Source: an uncultured Aminicenantes bacterium (GTDB taxonomy: Bacteria > Acidobacteriota > Aminicenantia > UBA2199). From it: a stretch of DNA of 64,000 nt. The translations under genes were made by a program, and so were the position numbers. Below, in pieces: positions 26,866 through 34,755 of this stretch. The notes beneath the pieces were generated by a model. The model worked only from the letters and a program-made list of their open reading frames with translations, did no database searches and had not been told where the DNA came from. The stretch lies in NCBI GenBank assembly GCA_965195285.1, contig CBDAFS010000014.1:1-64000 (forward strand), given 5' to 3'. Each line of letters starts with the position of its first letter. Within the stretch, counting starts at the first letter, position 1.

Positions 26866-27888
26866 TCATTTCCGGCGGGATTGTTGATAAAGTAGAAGTG
26901 AAAATCCCAGCCCGGCAAAGAGCAGTTTCCGGATCCGCTTGATGATCCCCAGGCTCAGGCCGATTTCAGGGGGAAACCCCATGGCCTGCAAAATAAAAAC
27001 ATAGGCTCCCTCGGCAATTCCCCACTGTCCAGGTATCAGAAAAAATATGGTATTGATGCCGACCACCATGGCCATGATAAAGAGTGCTTCAATGAAGCTC
27101 ACCGGTATGTCCAGCAGGTGTAAGATCACCAGGGCTTCGACAGCACCTATTATCCGGGCCGCGAAATGCAATCCCAGCACCAGTGAAGTCCGTTGCCAGG
27201 TGGCCCGATACAGATTCTTAAGCAACTGCTCCAGGTTTTGGATCTGGGCTTCCTTGGAAAGGAGAAATCTGCTGATCGGGGGAATAAAACTGAAGCATCT
27301 CAGGAGAATTTTATAGATACCCCGTAACTGAAATCCGATGAATAAAAAAATTCCAATTGATATGGTTACCAGGAACAGAATGGCGGGCAGGATTAGAGAT
27401 TTGGGGAATATGGAGCCAGCAAGAGCAAGGGTAAAGCCCAGTATCATGAATAAAATACCACCGGTCAGTTCGAATGTTTTATCCACAATAATGCCGGCCA
27501 GACTCTCCTTGAGCGAAAGATATCTGCGGGTTAAATAGGCGCGAGTGGTTTCGCCACCCAGATTGGCCGAGGGCAGTATGGTATTGATGGCATCGCTGAT
27601 GATTTTGACTTTAAAAAGAAACCATAGCGGCATCGGCTGAAAAACCTTCCTCGATATTTCCCACCAGGCAATGGTCTGAAGAAAAAGCCAACATCCTCCC
27701 AGCACACATATGACCATAAACCAGGGGCCGATCCGGGATATGTTTTGCAGTATGGTGGTCAAACCCATCCGGTTAATAAGATAAGCCAGGAAAGCCAGTC
27801 CCAGGAAGAAGAACAGGGTTTGAAATATCCGATGGAATTTATTATTCTTTTCTGTCTGCTCAACCGAAAGGTGTCTGTGTTTATTCAT
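26866..27888 (-). CDS. Lysylphosphatidylglycerol synthase TM / flippase-like membrane protein
   Basis: Multiple TM helices; LPSANLGGE and IPGQWGIAEG motifs. Confidence 0.8.
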   Translation of the reverse strand: MNKHRHLSVEQTEKNNKFHRIFQTLFFFLGLAFLAYLINRMGLTTILQNISRIGPWFMVICVLGGCWLFLQTIAWWEISRKVFQPMPLWFLFKVKIISDAINTILPSANLGGETTRAYLTRRYLSLKESLAGIIVDKTFELTGGILFMILGFTLALAGSIFPKSLILPAILFLVTISIGIFLFIGFQLRGIYKILLRCFSFIPPISRFLLSKEAQIQNLEQLLKNLYRATWQRTSLVLGLHFAARIIGAVEALVILHLLDIPVSFIEALFIMAMVVGINTIFFLIPGQWGIAEGAYVFILQAMGFPPEIGLSLGIIKRIRKLLFAGLGFSLLLYQQSRRK

Positions 27889-28611
27889 CTAATTAACCGG
27901 TAACCATGAGATCATTTTTTCTGCCTTTTGCAGGGCCTGATCATCATCAACATCAATCCACAGCCGATCCCCGATGTCCATGGTCCGGGCCTTTTTGTTT
28001 TTCATCATGACTCTGATGCCGCCGGACAGGGTATAATCTCCCCTATCCATGCTGATTTGCAGGGCACTGAATAATGAAGGAGTTGAGAGAAAAATACCGG
28101 TATCAAAGGCATTGTAATCCGAAATGGTCTTGCCGATATCGATGATGAAGCCGCTTTGGATATGAACCTTGGTGACATCGTCATAATCCACGTTAGGGTG
28201 ATTCGTTACCCGGGTATCCACTGCCAGAACCAGTTCGTCTGCTTCCAGGGGAAATTGATTCAGGTTCTGCAGGATTCGTCGATCAAAAATATGATCGGAC
28301 ATGAGCAGGAAAAATTTTCCTTTCACGGCTTGCCGGGCGGCCAAAACCGACATTCCGTTTTCTTTCTGCCAGTTGGGATTGTAAATGGTCGAGATCGAGC
28401 ACTTTTCTCTTTTTTTTACCTGCTGCAGGAATTGGTTGACCTTTTCCGCTTTATAGCCCACCACCACTGAAAAATCATCACAACCGGCTGCCTGAGCTGT
28501 CTGAATGGCCCTTTCAATCAAGGCCACCCCGCCAACCGGTATGAGCGGTTTGCTGGTATTTTGATGGGCCAGACGACTCCCTTTGCCAGCGGCGATAATC
28601 ACACATTTCAA
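27889..28611 (-). CDS. NTP transferase, probably CTP:inositol-1-phosphate cytidylyltransferase
   Basis: IIAAGKGSRL, KPL, ENGMS, LMSDH, DTGIF and WIDVD motifs; adjacent to ino1. Confidence 0.75.
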   Translation of the reverse strand: MKCVIIAAGKGSRLAHQNTSKPLIPVGGVALIERAIQTAQAAGCDDFSVVVGYKAEKVNQFLQQVKKREKCSISTIYNPNWQKENGMSVLAARQAVKGKFFLLMSDHIFDRRILQNLNQFPLEADELVLAVDTRVTNHPNVDYDDVTKVHIQSGFIIDIGKTISDYNAFDTGIFLSTPSLFSALQISMDRGDYTLSGGIRVMMKNKKARTMDIGDRLWIDVDDDQALQKAEKMISWLPVN

Positions 28612-28614
28612 TGA

Positions 28615-29718
28615 TTACTCCTGGGAATTCTCAGCAATGAAGGTTTGCAGCATTTGATAGGCTTTATCATCCGGGTACTGCTGTGGCGGGTGTTTCATGA
28701 AAAAAGCTGACGGGGCATGGAGTACCCCTCCCTGTTTGCGATCCAGGGCCAGTTTGCAGCAGCGTATGGCATCAATGACCACACCGCTTGAATTTGGTGA
28801 GTCTTCCACCGAAAGTCTGAGTTCCAGATTCATGGGAATGTCACCGAATACTTTGCCCTCCATGCGCAAGAAACACAGTTTATTGTCTTCCAGCCAGGGA
28901 ATATAATCACTGGGACCAATGTGAATGTTATGGTTTTCAATGGGCCTGTTGACTACCGACTTAACCGCTTCGGTTTTGGATATTCGCTTGTCGCGTAACC
29001 TGGACTGGTCAATCATATTGAGAAAATCTGTGTTTCCACCTGTATTTAATTGATAAGTTCTTTCCAGCTTAACTCCCCTTTTGGCAAACAGATCTGCCAG
29101 GGTTCTGTGAATGATGGTTGCCCCGATTTGAGATTTGATATCATCCCCGATAATGGGCAATCCCCGGTTTTCGAATTTTTGGGCCCATTCGGGCGAACTG
29201 GCTATGAAAACAGGCATATTGTTTATGAATGCGGCATTGGCTTCCAAGGCACATTCGGCGTAAAACTTGACGGCCTGTTCGGATCCAACCGGGAGGTAAT
29301 TCAAGACGATTTCGGTTCCCGATTCCTTCAGGGTATTGACCATGAATTCCCGGTCGGCTTCGGGCTCAGGGGAAGGGATGAAAGTCCGGTTCTGGTCGTA
29401 TTCCTTCATGTGAGTGGCCAGACCGTCAAGTATGCGTCCCATGTTAACCTTTACCGGGGTTTCAGGAATATCTCGGTAAAACACTTTGGTGCAATTCGGT
29501 TTGGCAAAAATGGCCTGGTTGAGGTTTTGATTCACTTTTCTCTGATCAATATCAAAGGCAGCTACCACTTCGATATCGGCGGGGGTGTAACCTCCGATAT
29601 CCCAGTGCATCAATCCAATGGTTTCTTCAGATTTTTTGTCGGCATAATAACTTAAACCCTGAATCAAGGAACACGAGCAGTTTCCGATTCCAATAATGGC
29701 GATTTTAATTTTCTTCAT
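28615..29718 (-). CDS. ino1: Myo-inositol-1-phosphate synthase
   Basis: GIGNC, NYLPVGS, GDDIKSQIGAT, QLNTGGNTDF, DSPNSSG and FMKHPP motifs. Confidence 0.93.
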   Translation of the reverse strand: MKKIKIAIIGIGNCSCSLIQGLSYYADKKSEETIGLMHWDIGGYTPADIEVVAAFDIDQRKVNQNLNQAIFAKPNCTKVFYRDIPETPVKVNMGRILDGLATHMKEYDQNRTFIPSPEPEADREFMVNTLKESGTEIVLNYLPVGSEQAVKFYAECALEANAAFINNMPVFIASSPEWAQKFENRGLPIIGDDIKSQIGATIIHRTLADLFAKRGVKLERTYQLNTGGNTDFLNMIDQSRLRDKRISKTEAVKSVVNRPIENHNIHIGPSDYIPWLEDNKLCFLRMEGKVFGDIPMNLELRLSVEDSPNSSGVVIDAIRCCKLALDRKQGGVLHAPSAFFMKHPPQQYPDDKAYQMLQTFIAENSQE

Positions 29719-29867
29719 TTTGTCTTCTATAGTTGAACCTTTATTTTCATGGCAAGATTTTCACTTTATTTTACCATCTGAAAAAAATTCAATCCTTAAT
29801 CCACATCAATATCGCTTTGGGCATTTATCATTTTAGCATAAAATCAATAAATGTTTAAGATATTATA

Positions 29868-31097
29868 TTATTTTTCTTTTTTTATAAGAAAATAGAAAGT
29901 CCCGGGCTGTTTCATGTGACCGGCGATCCATTCGCTGAGTTCGCCGTAACCGGTAAAGATGTCAACCCGTCCCGGACCCTTTATTGCCCCGCCGGAATCC
30001 TGATTCAATACAAAAGCTCGATATTTTTTCCACTTTTTTACCCTGTTCTGAGGCCGGAGATTGGCTTCATCTCCAGAGTCCGGAATTTCGGTTTCGATGA
30101 ATCCGAGGGCTCCCTTGGGGAAAAGGTGCTGGTCTACCGCAATGCTCCGAAAGGGGGTCAGGGGAACCCCGATGGAGCCCATGGGTCCTGTTTCAACCGT
30201 TCTGAAAAAAACATAGCTTGGATTGAAATTGAAAATGGGCTCTACTTCCCGGGGATGGGTTTCAAGGTAGCGGCGGATACTCTGCATGGACATGTCTTCG
30301 TAGGTAAGCAGGCCCCGGTCAATCAAAAATTTGCCAATGGCCCGATAGGGGTGGCCGTTGCTTTCGGCATAATTGACCCGGATGGATTCTCCGCTGTCCA
30401 GGGTGACAATACCCGAACCCTGGATGTGAAGAAAGAACAGTTCAATGATATCGTCTACCCAGAGAATTTCCAGGTTTTTCAAGGAAATCTTCTGCCGGCT
30501 GTCAATTTCTTCCCTGGAATAGTAGGGCAAAACGGTTTGACCTTTGGCCACCCGACCTTTGATGATGGTTGGGAGTCCCTTGAATTTGGAAAAAAAATGA
30601 AATTTGGATAGATCAATCCGGACCAGGTCATCCGGTTTCCGGTAAAGGGGAAAGCGGTACCGGTCCGATGGGGTGAGGGAACCCCTGAGCCGGGCTTCGT
30701 AGTAGCCGGTAAAAATGACCTCCGGGGCCGGGGTTTGGTAAAAGTGATAATTTTTTTTCAGGTACTGAAAAAAAACCGGGGTCAAGCCCTTTTCAGCCAA
30801 ATGTTTTTTAAAATCGGTTAAGGTCAACCGGAGCTGTTCAAGGGAGTAGGTGTCAGGGCCCAGGCGAACCGGTCTGCCCGGGTCCAGTTTATTCATATAT
30901 TGTAAACTCAGATCAAGGGCCCGAATCAAGGTCTGGCGGTCATGTAGATCACTGAGACCCGGTGCGGTTTTTTGGACCAGGCTGTTTTCCGGGGTCCATT
31001 CCAGTGGCTTTCTCTTTACAAACTGAAGTAGATAGATAAAGACAACCAGGATGAGCATCAGGCCGGTCAACCATACCAGTCGTTTCACTCGATTCAT
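29868..31097 (-). CDS. mltA: Membrane-bound lytic murein transglycosylase A
   Basis: FTGYYE, HIQGSG, NPSYVFF, SIAVD and QDSGGAIKGPGRVDIFTG. Confidence 0.9.
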   Translation of the reverse strand: MNRVKRLVWLTGLMLILVVFIYLLQFVKRKPLEWTPENSLVQKTAPGLSDLHDRQTLIRALDLSLQYMNKLDPGRPVRLGPDTYSLEQLRLTLTDFKKHLAEKGLTPVFFQYLKKNYHFYQTPAPEVIFTGYYEARLRGSLTPSDRYRFPLYRKPDDLVRIDLSKFHFFSKFKGLPTIIKGRVAKGQTVLPYYSREEIDSRQKISLKNLEILWVDDIIELFFLHIQGSGIVTLDSGESIRVNYAESNGHPYRAIGKFLIDRGLLTYEDMSMQSIRRYLETHPREVEPIFNFNPSYVFFRTVETGPMGSIGVPLTPFRSIAVDQHLFPKGALGFIETEIPDSGDEANLRPQNRVKKWKKYRAFVLNQDSGGAIKGPGRVDIFTGYGELSEWIAGHMKQPGTFYFLIKKEK

Positions 31098-31103
31098 AGG
31101 TCT

Positions 31104-32183
31104 TTATTTGAATATTTTAATGAGTTTACCCTTCTCATAGATTTGTTTTTCGATGATCCTGCCCTGGTCATTCCATTTTATCCAGGATCCATGGGGTTTC
31201 CCCTGCAGGTATTCCTCCCTGAATTTCAATTGCCCGCTTTCATGGTAGCCCATTTTGATCAGAGAACCTGTGCACAGGTTCCGGATAAGTGTATTTTGGC
31301 CTGCCGGGTCATATTCCCTGATTTCCTCCAGTACGTTTTTTTTATCTTCCTGCTGATACTGGTTTAATGTTTTGATGGTTCCGTTGGCGTACCGGCTGGT
31401 GACCCTGGAGATTCCCGGCTGTTTATCGGCTTCCGTACGTTTCAGGGAGTCTTGATTTTCAGTGAGTCCCATTCTGCCTGCTTCCAGCCCTTTTTCCCGG
31501 GACATTTCTTCGGTCAGTTCCTTATCATGGAGTTCTGCTGTTTTTAAGGCCTTTTTTTCAACCGGTCTGATGGCAGCCGGATGGGGTGGCGATTGAGCAC
31601 GGGATTCCGGAGGCAGGGGCACTTTGATTTTCCACTCTGTGTCCGGCACGGTTTGGTTTTTGAATTTCAGGTCATCGGTTTCCCCTAGGGAGGACTTTTC
31701 CCGGGATTTCCCCCGAAGGCCTTTCTTTATGCTATGGTCGATCAATTTCTTACTTTTCTCCTGAGTCGGATCCACTGAGACCATGTGGGTATTTGTTTTC
31801 GCTTTGGCCTTTTCCATATCCGGGGCCGGGGTCTTTTTGAGTATTCCTGAGGTATGGATCATCACCAGGGAAACCGCCAGCACCATCACACTGGCAGCCA
31901 GGGCCAGGGGCCTGAAGAAAAAGGGTTTTTCAGTTGTTTTGATTTCCGGATGCGGTTCTGAATGAATTTGAGAGCTGAGTAAAAATGTTTCATAACAGTT
32001 GCTGCATCTGGCCATATGGGACATCATTCGATCCTGCTGCTTGCCGCTGATTTTCTTCTCTACAAGCTGGGCGATGGCTTCCAGGGGCAGACACTCGTCA
32101 GCAGTGAGGGATTGAAGCTTTTCGGATAGAAGCCTGGCCATGTTGCGGTCCTGGACAGTCTCTTGGTGCTTGGCTTTTTTCAT
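31104..32183 (-). CDS. zf-HC2 anti-sigma factor with a TM helix and C-terminal MORN-like repeats
   Basis: HMARCSNC; TM LALAASVMVLAV; C-terminal YHESGQLK..YLQGKPHGSWIKW..GKL. Confidence 0.65.
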   Translation of the reverse strand: MKKAKHQETVQDRNMARLLSEKLQSLTADECLPLEAIAQLVEKKISGKQQDRMMSHMARCSNCYETFLLSSQIHSEPHPEIKTTEKPFFFRPLALAASVMVLAVSLVMIHTSGILKKTPAPDMEKAKAKTNTHMVSVDPTQEKSKKLIDHSIKKGLRGKSREKSSLGETDDLKFKNQTVPDTEWKIKVPLPPESRAQSPPHPAAIRPVEKKALKTAELHDKELTEEMSREKGLEAGRMGLTENQDSLKRTEADKQPGISRVTSRYANGTIKTLNQYQQEDKKNVLEEIREYDPAGQNTLIRNLCTGSLIKMGYHESGQLKFREEYLQGKPHGSWIKWNDQGRIIEKQIYEKGKLIKIFK

Positions 32184-32237
32184 TTCATCCCTTTTACCGG
32201 TTTAGTCGGACACCGGTCGGTTTTTCCCTGTTTGAAC

Positions 32238-33119
32238 TTATAATAAATCATGGCTTCTGATCCCTTTTTTTTCAAATTTTTCCCGGCATTTTTTTAAAAC
32301 CCGACTGATTCTTTTGTAAACTGCTTTGGGGCTGAGGTCCATTATCCTGGCGATGGCTTCTATGCTTTCGGAGTCCTGATCCGGGTTGACCGGAAATCTC
32401 ATTCTGATGATGAGCTGTTCTTCACCGTTCAGTTCCTCGAGAATTTCCCGGAGCAACCGATCGATTTGCTGTTGTTGACTGTTTTTGATGACCGTCTCTT
32501 CCGGATTGTTTCGGGTTTCCGGTAGTATCATTTCACCGGTTTGACTATCCTGACTACCTATCCGGATCAGGTTGTCATTCGGATCGGGTACAGGCCCGGG
32601 ATTCCTGCCGGACCTCTTTATTCTGTCTACCATTCGCAGAAATTCCGTCTCGGAGGTTGCGATCTTTTTTAGAGAAAGAAGCTCCTGATAGGCCATTTCA
32701 ACCGACAGTCCCTGGACCACAATTTTTTGATAAATCTGAATTCCGATATCGCCGAATTCACGGGCTCTTTCTTTTTCCCGGCTGCGGCCTTTTTTTTTCC
32801 GAATCATATCAATGGATTGATTGGCAATGATGGTGGTCAAATAGGTGGTAAATTTGGCTTTGTTTTCAAACTGATGCAGCACCTGGTAATTATTTTTGGT
32901 CAATTGATCCAGCACCCGGCCGGATAATTCCAGGGCCTCATTTTCAAGGTTAATCTCCTGCCGGGGGGAATGTCCGGACCGTTTCATCCGGACTGCCTTA
33001 ACGCACTGTTTTTCGATGAATTCGATATGCCGGTGGATGAGTCCCTGGTCTTCGGTGGATTCCGGTGGTGTTTTTCCTTTCATGGGTCCGCTACCATTAT
33101 AATTCACTAAAATCCTCAT
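32238..33119 (-). CDS. Sigma-70 family (ECF-like) RNA polymerase sigma factor with a long linker (start 33083 or 33119)
   Basis: KFTTYLTTIIANQSIDMIRK (region 2); IARIMDLSPKAVYKRISR (region 4). Confidence 0.75.
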   Translation of the reverse strand: MRILVNYNGSGPMKGKTPPESTEDQGLIHRHIEFIEKQCVKAVRMKRSGHSPRQEINLENEALELSGRVLDQLTKNNYQVLHQFENKAKFTTYLTTIIANQSIDMIRKKKGRSREKERAREFGDIGIQIYQKIVVQGLSVEMAYQELLSLKKIATSETEFLRMVDRIKRSGRNPGPVPDPNDNLIRIGSQDSQTGEMILPETRNNPEETVIKNSQQQQIDRLLREILEELNGEEQLIIRMRFPVNPDQDSESIEAIARIMDLSPKAVYKRISRVLKKCREKFEKKGIRSHDLL

Positions 33120-33133
33120 TTCAAGTAAAAACT

Positions 33134-33159
33134 AAGGGGTCAAGTCTACTGTTGACTCT
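33134..33159 (+). repeat. Left 26-bp inverted repeat AAGGGGTCAAGTCTACTGTTGACTCT
   Basis: Exact reverse complement of 34148-34173; contains the transposase TAG stop. Confidence 0.9.
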
Positions 33160-34120
33160 TGTTAATCATCGCCTCAATTTTTTTTAATTTCTTTTGTAAT
33201 CTCAGATTGTTCTTTAATTGCTCTTTTGTTCGAATCAAAACTGTGCTGACTGAACTATAGCGATGCAGAGAAAATTCTCTCCCTATCTCCTCTAAGGTAT
33301 TATTTCTCAATTTCCTGGATAAAAATATGGCTATATTCCTGGGTTCATTAAAACTCCCTCTAATACTTTTATGGAGAACCTCATCATTAACACCATAAAA
33401 TAGACAGACCGCCTTTTTAATCTGTTTGATTTCCGGTGAAAGATCATAAGATTCCGGTATTTCTTTATTTTCTTTTTGTTTAAAAAATCTTTTTTTTATT
33501 GTAGAAATAAATTCTTCACTTCCCAACATTGTCGGCCATTTTTTACTATCAAGTAATTTGATAACCTCTTTTTTATCCTCCTGATTTATGAAATTCCTAT
33601 ATTTATTAATCCATTCACTTTTCTTTTCAGACAATATTAATAATATAAATTCTTTATACAACCAGTCATAATCCTTGGATTCACTTACATACCCCCTATG
33701 ACTGCTCCATTGAAAATCATCCATGTCTTTCACTATTTCTGCTCTGAGAGAATTTCTGTGTATATAGCGTAGTAATTTTAAAAGATAATTGTCTCCGTCA
33801 ACCAGGATTGATTTATACCTGCCCTTAAATAACTGTCCTTCACATTTATGATTTTTATTAAACCTTTGGGTATAAACACCGTCAATATGACGCATAAATC
33901 TACTCAGATTCCCCTCAGTAGTATTAATTAATAGATGATAATGATTGGGCATTAAAGTATAAGCCGATATATTAACCTTCCACAATTTACAAGCTTCAAT
34001 TAGTAGGTCGATAAATGTGTGGTAATCCTTTTCGTTTAAGAAGATCTTTTCAGATCGCCTGCCCCGGTTCATTACATGATACCATGCACCCGGATATTCG
34101 ATCCTTAACGGCCTACTCAT
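33146..34120 (-). CDS. REP-associated-type tyrosine (HUH/Y1) transposase with a DnaA-C-like HTH
   Basis: MSRPLR, YHVMNRG, NHYHL (HUH), GQLFKGRYKS, YIHRN and WSS; C-terminal RNIAIFLSR..LEEIGREF..YSSVS. Confidence 0.9.
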   Translation of the reverse strand: MSRPLRIEYPGAWYHVMNRGRRSEKIFLNEKDYHTFIDLLIEACKLWKVNISAYTLMPNHYHLLINTTEGNLSRFMRHIDGVYTQRFNKNHKCEGQLFKGRYKSILVDGDNYLLKLLRYIHRNSLRAEIVKDMDDFQWSSHRGYVSESKDYDWLYKEFILLILSEKKSEWINKYRNFINQEDKKEVIKLLDSKKWPTMLGSEEFISTIKKRFFKQKENKEIPESYDLSPEIKQIKKAVCLFYGVNDEVLHKSIRGSFNEPRNIAIFLSRKLRNNTLEEIGREFSLHRYSSVSTVLIRTKEQLKNNLRLQKKLKKIEAMINKSQQ

Positions 34121-34147
34121 ATAAAAATAATATCAAATATGGTAATT

Positions 34148-34173
34148 AGAGTCAACAGTAGACTTGACCCCTT
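34148..34173 (+). repeat. Right 26-bp inverted repeat AGAGTCAACAGTAGACTTGACCCCTT
   Basis: Exact reverse complement of 33134-33159. Confidence 0.9.
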
Positions 34174-34357
34174 TGCCCTTTGTTTTGTTGTTTTGTTTTG
34201 TCAATTTGAACTTATGGGTTTTTTTTAAAGTTTAAATGTAATGGATTGACTGTGGATTGTCAAACCTGTCACTAAATAAAAATAAATTAGCCGATTTATT
34301 TACAAACCGGATAATTTTTGATAAAATGTATGCTGTTCAGAGATATAGGAGGATATT

Positions 34358-34627
34358 TTGAGTATTACGAGTGAGCAGAAACAGAAGCAAATTGCCCGAT
34401 TTCAGAGAAATCATAAAGATACCGGATCTGCTGAGGTCCAGGTATCCATACTGACAACCCGGATTAAAAATTTAACCGAACATTTTAAAGTCCATAAAAA
34501 GGATCACCACTCCAGGAGAGGCTTATTGGGGCTTGTTTCCAGGAGAAGGCATCTTCTGAAATATTTAAAAAGAATCGATTTTAATAAATATTTAAAAATA
34601 TTAAAAGAACTGAAACTCAGAAAGTAA
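34358..34627 (+). CDS. rpsO: 30S ribosomal protein S15
   Basis: DTGSAEVQV and [12 protein letters not shown]; TTG start with GGAGG RBS. Confidence 0.97.
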   Translation: MSITSEQKQKQIARFQRNHKDTGSAEVQVSILTTRIKNLTEHFKVHKKDHHSRRGLLGLVSRRRHLLKYLKRIDFNKYLKILKELKLRK

Positions 34628-34651
34628 ACAGTTGAATCGAATGGGCCTCAG

Positions 34652-34725
34652 GTAATTGAATAGTGATTTTTCTATAAAATTCACCCTCTCAATCGTGCAG
34701 TTGATGGGGGTTTTTATTCAGTTGC
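34652..34725 (+). promoter_or_regulatory. Long stem-loop in the rpsO-pnp intergenic region (possible RNase III or attenuation structure)
   Basis: GTAATTGAATA pairs with TATTCAGTTGC (with G-U pairs); inner ACCCTCTCAA pairs with TTGATGGGGGT. Confidence 0.45.
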
Positions 34726-34755
34726 AACCATTTTTTAATGAACAAGGAGAATAAC

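Larger units (their letters stand above)
33134..34173. mobile_element. AT-rich 1040-bp element carrying a Y1/RAYT transposase, bounded by perfect 26-bp inverted repeats
   Basis: Terminal IRs, an abrupt composition shift and a single transposase ORF. Confidence 0.75.
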
